From: Lophium mytilinum
Taxonomy: Eukaryota
DNA: 64,000 bases
NCBI GenBank assembly: GCA_010093605.1
Contig: MU004187.1
Location: 1,664,882-1,728,881, forward strand
Direction of reading: 5' to 3'
Below the pieces are notes generated by a model. It had not been told where the DNA came from. It saw only the letters and a program-made list of their open reading frames with translations, and did no database searches. The translations under genes and the position numbers were made by a program. Each line of letters starts with the position of its first letter. Position 1 is the first letter of the stretch. This document shows, in pieces, positions 36,089 to 55,109 of the stretch.

Positions 36089-37663
36089 GGGCTGCTACTA
36101 ACTACAAACCCCTTTTTCACTCCCCCTACACCCCCTTCTCGCTCCAGGCACACCCCCACCCCCCCTTCCCTCTCCCCCATTCACTTCACTACAATGTAAT
36201 TGGCCCGTATTACTGCTCCGGAGCCTCTAATTCGCTCGCTTACGTCGCTCACTCATTCCAAATGCTCTCTCCAAATGCGGCGTGGCCACAAACAATCACA
36301 TCCTCATCCTCATCCTTATCCTCCACAACACACCTCTCACCATGGCCCTCCAGCCGCCACCGCCACAGAGCTACAACACCCTAGAGGAAGCTGAGGAAGC
36401 GCTTCGAGTGCACGCATCAGCGCACGGCTACGGGCTTACAAAGTCCCGCTCAAAGAAGGATAAGAAGAGCCGTGAAGTGAAGAAAGTATGGTTCCGATGC
36501 TGCTTTGGGGGCACCTCGGAGTCTAACGCGCGCGTGCGCAATACGTCTACTATGAAAGCAGGCTGCAAGATGAATGGTACGCTCACTCGGCAGCCTCCTG
36601 GGCTCAATGGTGAACGTGCATGGCTATGGGCGACGGTGGAGGAAGCGCACAACAGTCACCCCCCTATGCTCAAAGCGACGGCAGCCGCCTGCAATAGGAA
36701 GCGCTCAGCATCGACAAATCGCCTTATTCGGATGGATGCGGCCAGCGGAGCTAGGCCTAATGAGACGTATATGAAGCTGTTGGAGAAGGGGGTTACCATT
36801 ATCGTGCAGGACATCGTCAACGAGCGAGCCCGGTATCGCAGTGAGCTTCGCGGCGGCCTCACGCCTATAGTTCCGCCGCCAGGACCGCTTACACCAGCTG
36901 GAACAGGTATCGACCTCTTTCTCATCAATTTAGCCCCCTTCGGGCCTATCGCCGCACCTACGCCCACGCCTGCCGCTGCCTTTATACAACCTCCTACTGG
37001 CGCACTAAGAAGCGTGGTCGGCCGCCTGGTGCAAAGAACAAGGACCCGCGGAAGAAAGCAGCACCGTGTAATGCAGTTCAGCGGCAGGAAAGCGCTCATC
37101 CGCAGCCTCAGCCTCAGCCTCAGCCTCAGGCAGCGCCAGCCCGGCTTAGCTATGCGGAGCTCCTACGTCAGCTTGCATCATACGAGGAGGAAATGGAGGG
37201 AAATATTGATCAGAACAGCCAGGAGGGTGCGGCGGCGATGTAAGCGGGCCAGGCTCGATGCGGAGGAGCCGTATTAGCGGGCGATATGGACGGTTTTGGC
37301 ATGCTCATAGGCTTGGAGGCGCGTATATAGGAATATAATAGCCTGTATGCAACTACAGGAAACGGAAAGAATGCATGATGAAATGGAGAGGCTGCGCAGC
37401 CTACGTATAGCCTACGTACTGTTTCACTCACGTGCAGCTGAACATAAGATGCAGGAAATGCATTAGAATGCACGATAAGATGCAGAGGCTGTACAGCCTC
37501 ACGTACGGCTACGCCTACGGCACAGATGCTCGTGAGAATAGAGCTCCGGTCGAAGCTCAGAGCCATTCTGGCCAACTAGAAGATTAGACGGGACGGGGGG
37601 TGTGCGTCTGTTGAAAGAGGGGTGTGTATTCATCGAAAGGGGGGTGTATAGGTACTAACGCCC
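36089..37663 (+). mobile_element. Internally deleted Mutator-like DNA transposon (MULE) with degenerate TIRs
   Basis: Left end GGGCTGCTACTAACTACAAACCCCTTTTTC vs reverse-complemented right end GGGCGTTAGTACCTATACACCCCCCTTTC (22/30 matches, one gap); further shared blocks GCACACCCCC, TTGGCC and CCGGAGC(C)TCTA(A)TTC over ~150 bp; internal transposase fragments. No TSD recognised. Confidence 0.75.
36342..37277 (+). pseudogene. Truncated MULE transposase: FAR1/WRKY-like Zn DNA-binding domain, no DDE domain
   Basis: HASAHGYGLTKSRSK..WFRC..TSTMKAGC..W..HNSH, then QDIVNERARYR..GLTPI; catalytic domain absent; KKRGRPPGAKNK AT-hook-like motif out of frame at 37007-37042. Confidence 0.75.
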
Positions 37664-38101
37664 TTGATTGTTGCCAATCTCCGGCTGTCCTTTCGACACT
37701 GTCAAGGCGCTCCGACAGACCTCTCAATAGTATTTTAATTTGTGCCTTCGCCGCACTTAAGAACCTTGGAATAATCGATACCTTTATTTGCACACTCATC
37801 GAAACCCGAATGCGAAATTTCAAACATGAAGCAAAGAGATATATACTAGCGCCTATCACTATTGCCTTTTGTATGTATACATAGCCTTTCTTCTCACCAA
37901 CGGAGATACCCTATGCAATCCTACGAACTGTTTTACGAACTGTTTTAAAGACCAGGGTACTCATGCAGCTACAGCCCAGTCCTCGCAATCATGCTAACAC
38001 CCACGCAAGTCTAATATATGCTGTGCAGAATCATACCGCCAAAGAAGATACTCCAAGAAATCGCTTAACATAAAACAATGCAGATGCATAGCCAGCGAAC
38101 C

Positions 38102-40398
38102 TCACCTCACCACCAATCTCTCCCTCCCCATCTTCTTGACCGGATGCAGCAGCATACCCGGCAAGCACATCCGCCCACTCTCCTTCTCATACTCCGGCCC
38201 TCCCACCACCTCCTCTTCCCTCCCCCACTCATGTACCTTGACCGGCCACCCCAGCCACCGCCGATACAGCACCCGCGGGAACGTCGACGCGTAGTACCAG
38301 CTCCACCCGTAAAAGTTGTGCTCGCGGTCATGCTGGTACGGGCTATCCTCCAGCTCGCCCCACATCGCCGGCACCGCATCGAGCGCCTCCCCCGTCGCTT
38401 GATCAACCGTCGCGTGCGCATTGAAGACATTATCAGCGTACCGCGCCGGCCACGCGCGGTCCGCGAAGATGGGGTGCGGCGCGTAGATGGCCTTGAGGCC
38501 GTGCTGCAGCGCGACGGTGGTGGGCCACATCTCGGCCTGCATGGAGCGGCCGGCGAGGTTCTCGTTGTGCATGGCCTGCAGCAGGGTTTTGGAGAAGCGT
38601 ACGACGGTGTTGATGTAGGCGCGACGCTCGAGGTTGGGGAAGTCGGGGTGGTTGAAGCCGAAGGCGGCGGGATTTTCGCTGGTGAAGACAGGGTGGATGG
38701 TTGGGACGTAGTTCCAGATGTGGTTGCGGTAGGACCAGGTTGTGTTGCGTGGGTCCCAGATGGGGAGGAGGGTGATTAGGTCGGCGGGCTCGTCGACGCC
38801 CCAGGAGAAGTTGTCGTCGGCCATTGATGTTGGTGGGGTGGGTCCAAGAGGTTTTTGAGGGGGGTTAGCTCCCGGGTAGGGCCGTGATCCCCAGACTGGT
38901 TGGGGGATGAGGCCGTCCGAAGAAGCTTTCAAGATGGTCTCGTGCGTGTCGTTGATGAACCCCGAATATGACCCATGGACCCCCGGGATGTAATAGCGCT
39001 TGTTTCGCTCCCACATCAGTTTCCGAGGCTGTTTCTCGGCGAATTTTGCGATCTTTTCAAAGAAATGATAGTGCTGTCCAATGTACCTCGCATCTGTTTC
39101 CCAATTCCAAACGTAGTCGAACTCAGGGTGCTTCTGAGAGAAGAGCTGCACACACATGTATTGATGCCAGTAGACTTGCCAGTCTGTGACGAGGGGATAC
39201 CATTTCGGAAAAGCTGCCTCAGACCATAGGATGGCCATGTCCTGCAGCTCGTGTGGGACGTTAGCTTTAAGGACCTCCTCGTAGACTTCTGAATCGGTGA
39301 AAATCGGCTTCTTCTTGTCTTTGATGTGCACATATAAAAAAACCTGGTACTCCCCACCGGATTGAAGGGAAAGCTCAGAAACCATCGCTCGGATGGCAGT
39401 GATATCGTTCTCTTCGTATTGATAACCTTCCCAGGAGCGGATCAGGATTGCTGTACGCTTGTGATATGACGGCAATGGAACTTCACCACCACCACCAGAA
39501 GTCGCGTTCGTCTGAGCTGCCGCAGGTAGCTCGAGATCTAGCCGCGTATTGGGGCTACTCTGGGCCTCCGGGCGGTATCGATCTTTGTTCAGCTTCAGAC
39601 ATTCGTTTTGAAGACTGCCCCATTTGGTGGTGTTCCAATCCACGCCTTGCCCTTCTTCATCACCATACCCGTAGGGCCCATACCGCGAAGAACGATCAAA
39701 GCATGCATCGCCGTCCAGCCCTACGGCTTCGTACCCTCCGATAAGAGGCTTGGGGAGATCTTTTGGCAGTCCTTTGTAGGACTGTGTCAGGTCCTCCTTA
39801 CTGACGTCCAGAGGCAGCCCTCGGGGTCCAACACATGGTACTTGTTTCCCCTTCCACTGCTTCTTCCAGTCTGGACCGTTGTAATTTGGATACGGTGTGT
39901 ATGGCGATTGTGACTTTGCCGCAGATCTGTCCAATTTCGACACTCCTTGGTCGAATAGGCCGTGGTCCCTGGCAACCCTGTCAGCAGTGACATCCTACGT
40001 AAAGGCTATGGTTCTCACATTGGGAAGCCTTCCCAGCGATTAGGGTCGTATTTTTTGTCCACGTATTGCCCGTAAGGTGGCCAATGTCCGTCCGTCGGTT
40101 CATTACTCGGTCTATTCCACTTCAAAACTTGCTGCATGTATTCTTTGGTAGAGCTTGTTTGCGCGGAGTCTGCTGCTGCAGACGTGGCGCTTCCACCCTT
40201 TACAGGACCCCATGCTGGCCTAGGGTATGATTTCTTCGACCCCTCGTCTGTCTTCCCTTCTGGGTGGATCTTGCTCGAGAAGCGTGAGTAGCCGTAGTCG
40301 ATGTCTGCGGCAAAAGGCAGCTGTTTGACGAGAGAGAGTAGAAAGATGAAACAAATTAAAGAGAGTAAGACGAGCCTGCGCGGGGAACGAGTCAACAT
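38102..40398 (-). CDS. DUF3405-family fungal type II membrane protein, 2 exons
   Basis: N-terminal signal anchor (RRLVLLSLICFIFLLSLV); CFDRSSRYGPYG, WGSLQNEC, RTAILIRSW, ELSLQSGGEY, WNWETDARY.G, ADLITL, CLPGMLLHPVK. Confidence 0.85.
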
Positions 40399-41357
40399 AA
40401 TAGCAGAGGGACGCAAGGGCGGAGTGCCACTGATTAGCCGTCGCAGGAGCTGTGTTGTCGCAAACCACGCCTGGTGGCAGCACGACAGTACATGTAGAGA
40501 AACGGAAGATAGAGAAAGAGAGAGAAAAGTGAGTCGCACACGGCGGGATTTGGATCTACATCAGGGCGGCGATTGCAGTCTGCCACCTGCAGCGCTCCAC
40601 AGTCGGGGGAGGCGCATCTGATCGTTACGTATGTTGGTAGGAGTCTGTGCCTGCAATATATGGGTAAAGAAGATAATAGGGTCTCTTAGCGCGTGCTCTT
40701 TGCCCCTCTAAAGGCGGGCCGGGAGACGAGACGCGTGTAACAGCAAGGTGCCGGGGGTGTTGAGCATCACGGGTTTCAATCGTCAGGAAACACAGTGTAG
40801 CATTTCCCCTGACTAGTGAAGCAGTTAACAAGCCTGAACTCTACCCTCTATTGTCGAATATCTTGGAGCCCACCCGGATCTCCCAACTATAGCAGACCAC
40901 GTAACTTTCGATATCGTTCAATTCAGCCCAAAAAGGCTGGTGTTTAGAGTTGCCCGGGGTCGAGTTTCAAGTTGGGTTGTCTCCTGCACATCCTGTGCTC
41001 GCGCCGTGTCAACTGTCTGACTGTTGCGGCACTGTGCCACCTTCTGCTATGGCGTCACAGGCGGGCTGCCGAAATGTGTGCTGCTCCACTCACTCGTTTG
41101 GAGAACACATTGCGCTCTACTGGATCATCAGGAGAAGAACTCCATTGAGTCGTGATCCTTATCTCATAGTAGATCCTCCCAAATCAGAATTTCTTCCACC
41201 CTCACTTCACCGTTCAAAAAGAAAGAAGAACCACTTGCTCATGGCATGTGAAAATCATCATTGGCCATCTATGGAGTCCATGCTATTTGCGGCATCCGCC
41301 GCGCTCTATCATCAGGTCCAGAAAACTCCACCCATGCCGTGATTCGCAAGCAACACT

Positions 41358-42731
41358 CTACTTCCACTTCTGCACCACCACTCCACCGCGCTTGAACTCC
41401 GGCAGCTCTCCAATCTGCACCTTCCTGTCCGCCAGCTCTGTGCTTGGGAACGTAGTCATGAGCGCATACGCCCGCTGTGTGCTCGCAGGGCTGGCTGCAT
41501 CTACGAACCCGTACACATCGCCAATCGTGTGAGTCGTATTGAATCGGGACTGGAGCCGGGTGCCGTCTCCTAGACGAATCTGTAGTGTAACGGCAGGGGT
41601 AGAGTCGTCCACGTTGACCTTCGGTGCCGCCGCTGAGCTTGAGCTGGCTGTAGCGGCGGGGGCTGGTGCGGCGGCTGGTGCATGTGACGATGGCGATGGG
41701 GCTGCCACGCCAGGCGTAGGGCTTCCAAGACGTTGTCCGGAGCCTGAAAATGGCTTATACTTTGACTTAGGCTTCACATACTCCTCATCCTTGTGAGGAC
41801 GCACCTCCACATCCACCTCCTGGCCGCGCTCAACGTTCAATATTTCCAGCGGCGCATGACCAGAGTTGATAAGCTCTAGCGTTCGGGCATTTGCAGGGTC
41901 GTCGTAGCGGTAGAGCGGGCCGTCGTCAACGGAAAAGCCGTCTTGCCAAAGGTGCAGCTCGCGTCGCACTCGTGGAGCAGAGGCGGGTCGCTCTGCAGTG
42001 GGGTCGGGGATGGCACGGCTAGGAGCATCGTCGCCACCAAGAGTCATTCCTGTGCCTCTGAAATGGGTGGAGGGTCTCTCGTCGTCTCCACCTGGGCGTG
42101 GGACATTTCTGCAATTTATTAGCAAGCTGTGAAGTTCTGGATTCCAAGCAACTCACTGTCGAGCCTTCTTCAGGATGTTGTTGATCTGGTCTCGGGGGTT
42201 GGAAGCATTAGGGTTCTGCACAGCAAGACCGGACTTCTCGCCACCTGTGAAGAAGTCCTGTTGCTCATCGTCGTTATAGTCCTCATCACTGTCGTGATCT
42301 CCGTCGTCTCCGTGGGCGGGCGCGGCTCCCTGGTTCTGTATGTCCTTCAACGTCCTCAGACCTCGCTGAGGTGCTTTGCGAGCGGCAGCTGGAGCAGACG
42401 ACGAGCTCGCTGAAGCGGGCGCAGGTCTTCCATCAAGAGTACGTCCTCCTCCGGGCTGTGCGGGAGTTGCGGCACTGGGTTCTGTAGTATCGGTGGTGTC
42501 CATAGAGTCTTCGGCGTCAGCGTCCTCGTCCCCACCTTCTGCAGCAGCGTAGTAGGTTGCGACAGCGGTCTCGAGGTCCCAGTTGGAGGATTCAAGATAG
42601 CCCTCAGCCTGTGCGCAGAACGAAGATTAGTAACTGACGATAGGATACAAGGCTGAGAAGAGAATACATACATCGTGGGGCCCGAGGCCAGTGACGGCGC
42701 AAAACTGGGCTGTTAACGTGTCGTGATCCAT
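41358..42731 (-). CDS. SHP1: UBA-SEP-UBX p47 cofactor of Cdc48, 3 exons
   Basis: QFCAVTG..YLESSNWDLETAV (UBA-like), FFTGGEKSGLAV, LHLWQDGFSVDDG (SEP), FSGSGQRLG (SHP box), LQIRLGDGTRL..FN..TFP (UBX). Confidence 0.94.
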
Positions 42732-43008
42732 GGTGCTTCGTTGCTATGATAGTGAAGAGGATGATGAGTACTCGAGGTAGTTTCGAGATTGTAGTTTGGC
42801 GGAGATGGTAGCTGGGGAGATTGTTGACGTTGGAACAGTGAAGGTGGTGGGGAAGCTTCGAGCAGGCAGCTCCACCAAGACGTCAGGTTCTCTTGGCAGC
42901 CAGATCCATTTGAGCCTCAACTTCATCAATTCACTAAACCTCGGGAAGCCAGCCGTCGACCATCCACGCCCTCCGACGGGCCTACCATACGCCCACGATA
43001 TCTCCAAA

Positions 43009-43601
43009 ATGTCCCGAACATCGCCCCAAGGGCATCAGGCTCTCTCCGACTCGGCCCTGACCATCCACTCGGACAGCGAGAATTACGACGGCAACCACGA
43101 GCTCTCCTCATCGTCTCCACCCTCTTCCTCCAGCTCGCCGCTCATCTTGTACTCTCCGCCCACTATTTGGGGCTTGGTGCGCGGTGCTGCGATCAATCTA
43201 GTTCTCCCTTTTATCAATGGATTGATGCTAGGGTTCGGCGAGCTCATTGCGCATGAAGTGGCGTACCAGTTTGGATGGGCAGGCACAAAGGTACGTTGGA
43301 ACGGCATAATAGTCTTTTAGAGGTGTATTTTCAATATCTCGAATGATTTTCTCTCTCGACATCCTGCTCCCGATGATGGGAGGCTTTCCCGGGCTGAGGC
43401 CTTTCATTTGACCGGACGACTCTCATATTATCTTATTCCTCTATATGAGTTCGATTTGCTAATTTATCTCGGCTATAGATATTCCCCAGCAGTCGCAGCG
43501 ACTCGAGAACTATCGGTCCTGGCGTTGAGATGCGCCCCGACCCCATTGAGCGGAAGAGGAGATCCGGCGAAGAGATGGACGCATACACAAGCTTGGAATA
43601 G
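43009..43601 (+). CDS. MIM1: Mitochondrial outer membrane import protein Mim1 (Tom13), 2 exons
   Basis: AAINLVLPFINGLMLGFGELIAHE..GWAGTK|IFP; intron 43291-43478. Confidence 0.92.
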
Positions 43602-43944
43602 GGTATTGAACTAGAAGCTCTGCAGCTGACACACACTCTCATGCTTACGAGAAGCAATTGGATTGTACATAGACACAAGGGCATCATAAAGTTCATGGAT
43701 TAGCATCAGGCGTTAGGGGAATCTTGCTCACTGCAAAGGCGAGGAAAACGTACTCACTAGTCGTAGCATAGAAATCTAGCTAGGATATATGCTCTATGCG
43801 GCTTTTGCCTTTCAAAATGAGGGTTGACGCGTGAATCGATGCCCTCTTGAAAGGCAGCACGTGACTTCAACTTCACGACCCCGGCTCGGTGGTTTGCGTG
43901 CGACATCTCGGAGAGCTCGCTCCAAAAATTTATAGACGTCAACC

Positions 43945-45634
43945 ATGATTGCCAGCAACGGGCTACGGCCCGCCTTTCGGTTATCCTCTGTTTCCTGTCG
44001 CTCTTTACCGCTTCGTACTAATGGATTGAGGAAGGTATGCCTGGTTCTTCGTCCCTGTCCCATCTCAATGCCTATATCATGATTCTTCCACACCTCCGCG
44101 TCTGCGAGAAACTACACCATCCCAACTACATTCAGCTAGGATCACTCCATCATGTACAATCCAAACTAAGCTGTCTTCTCTAGTTTTCAAGCCTCCCGGA
44201 ACCCGCCCGCGGCATCTCTACCCCCCAATCTCGAGCTCAGCACACAAGTCCCCTTCTATCATCACGATGGAGAAGCACCAACATCGCTGCGCCCACCCTC
44301 CTAGCCACAGCCTCTGGCATCCGCTTCAACTCTACAACCCCAACCCCTCCCGCATCCGCTACCTCCGTCGAACATGCCGCAAATGCCGCACACGCTGAAC
44401 ACTCGTGGGCCGTTCCCCACACCCCCGACAGCACCATCGAAGACCTGCTCGACACGGCCCCTCTCTCCTCCGTCCCCGAGACCATCGGCTACCTGAAATC
44501 CCTCGGGCTCGACTACGGCTGGGGCCCAACCGCCGTCGCAGAATGGTTGCTCGAGCACATCCACGTCTGGAGCGGGATGCCGTGGGGCCTATCCATCCTC
44601 GCCGCCGCCTTCACCGTGCGCGTGGGCTGCTTCTACTTCTACGTGCAGGGTGCGGATACAACGGCGAAGATGCGCGCGCTGAAGCCTATCATCGACCCGC
44701 TGAACGCGCGCATGAAGATGGCGCTGAATGCAGGCGACAAAGAGGGGACAATGCGGTACCGGCGGGAGTCGCAGAAGGTGTATAAGGATATGGGGATTCG
44801 GCCGATCCGACACGTCTTCGCGGGACCTGTCCTCCAGGGCTTACTCGGCTTCGGCGCTTTCAGACTCTCGCGCGGTATGGCGGACATCCCGGTTCCTGGC
44901 TTTCTGGACGGCGGCATGCTGTGGTTCACGAACCTCGCAATCCCAGACCCTATATACCTCCTCCCTCTCCTGACCGCCGGCGCCGTACACATGGTTGCAA
45001 GAGTAAGCCCCCCTCCCCCTCCCCCTCCCCTTTCCCCGCCGTCGTCTCACTCCTGCATCTATTTAACTAACACCACCGCAAGGTCGGCGGCGAAACCGGC
45101 GCCCCCTTACAACCCATCCAAAAGAAACTAATGATGTACGGCCTCCCCGGCCTAACGATACTCTTCTCCTGGTGGCTGCCCGCGGCCACCCAGCTCACCT
45201 TTCTCGCCGGCTCCGTCCTCTCCCTTCTCCAAGCCCTCATTTTCCGCCAGCCACGCATCCGCCAGGCGCTGAACCTCACCCCGCTCTACAAACCCCCCGT
45301 CATCCGCCCGCCGACCATCGAAACGCGCTTCGCAGTGCGCCCGCAGCAGCCGACGGCGGGCCGAAAGCCCGTGTACCAAGCGCCCAGCAGCTCAATAGGG
45401 ACCGCGCCGGATCCCCTAGCCCCCCCGCAGCAGAAGGAGGCGGAGAAGCCCGGATTCGCGACGAAACTCTTCACGCAGGCTAGAGAGGCAGCGGGGGATA
45501 TGTTCCCCGATGCGCTGGTGCGCATGACGCAGAGCCAGGAGAAGCAGCGGAGGCAGCGGCTGAAGAAGCAGGCGGAGCTGTATGAGGCGCGGCGGCAAGC
45601 GCAGATAGACGAGGAGCGGCGATACCGGAAATGA
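43945..45634 (+). CDS. OXA1: Mitochondrial inner membrane insertase Oxa1 (YidC family), 3 exons
   Basis: R/S/L-rich presequence; IGYLKSLGLDYGWGP..LEHIHVWSGMPW, R in TM1, GGMLWFTNLAIPDPIYLLP, basic C-terminal tail. Confidence 0.9.
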
Positions 45635-46545
45635 GGCCTTCGAAACACTTGTAATTGTGCTTAAATGGGGGCTGGGTTGGAGTGGTTGATTAGGGGGGAA
45701 GGCATGTATATTACTTTTTTTCGATGATTGTGTTCGTAAGCTCCGTTTCCCACCTTCTGGGTTGCTTGCATAGGCCGGGTGGCTGGGGAAAAAGAGGTAG
45801 AATCACATGTACAAAACGCAATCACAGACATCACTCATACTACTAGCACAAGCACCTTTTCAGAACACTGAGTCTAGCATTTTTTTACTTAGTCGATCCC
45901 GCACCCATTAACCCCGCCAGCACTGCACACCACACACACGCAACGTGAAGCCCAGCCAGTTGGCGAACTCCCATTCCATTCCGATACCTGAACCCTTAGA
46001 CAGAAAGCCGTAACCCCCGCATGCCCCGTACGCGCTCTGCAACTCGTAACAAACAAGCTGGTGAAAAGAAGACAAGGCTTTCTAAAGGTACAGAAGTGGA
46101 GGCGGGCAGGTGTAACCTCCCACCCTAGTTTGCAGAGGAGAACTTCTCTCTTCCATTACCCCTTTCCCACACCGCCATAAGACGAGAAAGAGAAAAGTGC
46201 CGAGAAAGGAATAAAAAAACCCGTGAACCCTAATGCAAGTATGCTGCTGGAAGTATATGAGTCTCCCAAGATGTGATGAGGCCAGTTCAGAATGCAGGAC
46301 AGGAGGAGAAAACAGAAGGTTGTAGTACAGGGTTCATTCTCGGCCGTCCGTAGTCATTATGAAGTTTCCATCCCATGGGGAAGGGGACGATGCCGCCATG
46401 ACTCCGGTGAATTTCCCAGTCAATGTGAACGCCGATCTTGAAGCAAACAAGGGGTGGAAAGAAAGGGAGTAGAGGAGGTATGTTTTTGGTAAGAGAATGC
46501 AGAGATTCTAGGATATGTGTGCTGGTCAGATCGTCTGTTGTTGCT

Positions 46546-52238
<5,693 letters not shown>

Positions 52239-52912
52239 TTATCGGGTTCGAGAAGGCTGTATAGGTGTGGTGAAGGGTACGCGTGGCTATCGGTGGGAGA
52301 TATCGGCGGGCATAACCTGCAGAGGCAGGGCAACTGCCAGTCTCGTCCAAGGCGAGGGATGCGGCGTGGGCACGGAAAGGGCCAGTGGTGCACTGCAATG
52401 TCAACAGGGCGGCATGTCCTGCGTTGTCGATAGAGAAAGCGAGGGGCTCGAGGTGTGTATAGGTGTGTGCGGCGGGAGAGGAAGTGAGAGGGAAGATGGC
52501 GATGATGGTCTCCGCTCTCAGGAACCAATGCCACCCGCGCTAGTCAACTCTGGCTCCACGGATCGGCCAACAAAGAAAAGGCTATCGCCGACAGCAGAAA
52601 TAGAATGCACTTGTCGCGATAGGAATGCTAAGATTGAGTCAGTCTCTGGAATTGTGCAGCTTCCGCCTTGTAAATGTCGGGTGCCGAGTCGGCTTTCGTG
52701 GGATTTGTTTCACCATGTACCGTCTGGCTGCCGGGACGTAGGCCGAAGACAAGTCCAGTCAGGTGAGGGCCCGTTCCACCGCAAGGCTGCTGCAAGGAAG
52801 TGACTAGCCAATCGCCCTCGAGACTTTGACGCCGCGTCGGCCATCTTCGTGATGTTGTGAGGACCTCCACAAATAAGCCTCTCACGTTTGCGACACATCT
52901 GAACCATCAACA

Positions 52913-54118
52913 ATGGACAAGCCCATGCCCGCCTTCTACTGCTGCTACCTACTGCGCTCGACCAAAATGCCCACAAGTCTTTACATTGGATCGACCCCGA
53001 ACCCCGTCAGGAGACTGAAGCAGCACAATGGCACGACGCAAGGTGGCGCGTTTCGCACTCACAAAGATACCCACAGGCCATGGGAGATGATTTGTATGGT
53101 TCACGGGTTTCCATCTAATATTGCCGCTTTGCAATTTGAGTGCGTATAAATACAATTATAGCATAGACTCTATTCATCAATACTGAAAATGTATAGATGG
53201 GCGTGGCAGAATACTTGTTTCACTCACCACATTCCAGACGAGGAGCGCATCACTAAACCTACCAGGCGGAAATTGAAACCAATCATAGACCCTGAAGGGA
53301 TATTGCCCCCCGTGGAGAGGTGGAAACTAGTCCGACCCCGCTACTCCATAATCCAGGTATTACAGACTATACATCTTCTTCTTCGAGTCAACAGTTTCCA
53401 AAATTGGCCATTACATGTCAAATTCTTCGCCCCGGACGTCTTCAAGAAGTGGGAGAAAGCAAAGCCCAAGAAGATCAGTTTAAGAGAAGGAATCAGAGTC
53501 GAGCTCGACGAATCGAAGCCACCCACAGATGAAGATAGCACTGACGAGGCTTGTCCCCCGCCGGCGACCGGCATTCATTCTCTGGACGTGGGATATACGG
53601 CTCTCAAATCCCACTTGCAGAAGAGCCGATCTATTCTCGAGAATGGAACGATGGTCGCATGCGGGGTCTGCGAGAGAAGTCTCAGGCCTTCTAAAGCGCT
53701 AGTCCTTGTCTGCCCCACAGAAGACTGTCGCTCGGCATCGCATATGGCGTGCCTTTCGACGAAGTTCCTCGCCGCCGGAAACGGGAACGCGTTGATTCCG
53801 ACCAACGGAAAATGTCCAGACTGCAAGGCCACACTCGAGTGGAGCTCGCTGGTAAAGGAGCTCAGCCTGCGCACGCGTGCTGTTGAAGAGGTAGAGGCCA
53901 TCATCACAGGTAAGAAATCGAAAACAAATCTCTCAGAAGCCGAGGAGGTTCTTGCGGGGCTAGTTCCCATCGCAATTCACGAAGAGAAAGACTTAGGATC
54001 AGATGAGGATGAAAGCGATGATGGCTGGATCCTGCAAGAAGTTGGAGGGGTGGATGAGGAGTTTGAATTGGGATTCCCTACTGGAGATGATGCAATTCTC
54101 ACAACAAGACCTGTTTGA
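52913..54118 (+). CDS. SLX1: Structure-specific endonuclease subunit Slx1 (GIY-YIG plus RING-like), 2 exons
   Basis: [41 protein letters not shown]-terminal CGVC..CP..C..H..CL..CPDC..W. Confidence 0.94.
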
Positions 54119-54267
54119 GAGACATGCAACTCTTCTTACAATCACAAGACTTTATGTCATTAGAATACGGGGCCAAGACTACGCAGGACTCTGAGTCCCA
54201 AATGACCAATGCCGTAGTGAAAGGTCTTCTCTATACGGACCTTTATTGCTTCCAGAGAAGCTCTCCA

Positions 54268-55109
54268 CTACCACGGCTGAACGAACCTCAGCGGCAAGCT
54301 CTCCCCATCGACTTTCTTCATCGCCCTCTCCACCGCCTCCCTTACAGTCTTTTGCACATCCTCGAAAGACCCACCGCCATCGATGCTCACAAAATCATCT
54401 TTCTCCGCCGAATCCCTCAATACGCCAAATAGCTCTCGCACCCGATCCTGCATTTCCTGCACCTCATATTTCTCGCCACCATACCCACCTCTCTTCGCTG
54501 CCTCCTCTACTGAGATATCGAGGAAGACACACACATCCGGCCGCGGAAGACCTTCTTCTGGATGGCGCGCCCAAGCGAGATCAAGCTTTGGATTGTCCTT
54601 TGCTGCGGAGTAGACGCAGCCGGAGTAGTAGTAGCGATCGATGACGACGGTGGTGCCAGCGGAAATGTCGGCTTGGATAGATGCGCTTTTCGGTGTTGTC
54701 AGTACGTACTCTGGATAGGTAGATGAATCGATTGGAGTTATCCACATACGCTGCTTCCCACCGGTTCGCGGAGAACAAGAGGTGGATGACGTGATCCTCC
54801 TGTTCGCTTTGATTCGTGAGGTAGTTGTTGATCATTTGGCCGATCGGGGTTGTTCTGTCTGGTCATGTGATGTAGTTAGATGGTCATGCATCTTAAAAGT
54901 GATGTTGAATGAAAGGGATTCTTAGATGTTTGTCGGCACCAAAAAGACCGTATTCAAACTTCACATCACGATAGGCGTCCATGCATACCTGGAAACCTCA
55001 GATACCGCACTTTCAACCCCTCATTCTCCAAACTCTCCACTAATCGCTTACATTGCGTGGATTTGCCCGCCCGGTCGAGCCCCTCGAAGACGATGAGTTT
55101 TCCTCGCAT
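54268..55109 (-). CDS. CDC8: Thymidylate kinase, 3 exons
   Basis: [62 protein letters not shown]. Confidence 0.94.

Noticed and set aside
37922..37946. 12-bp direct duplication ACGAACTGTTTT
   Set aside because: Simple slippage outside the MULE TIR; not a TSD.
44034..44183. ATGATT C-box-like word in OXA1 intron 1
   Set aside because: No downstream D box or recognisable guide.
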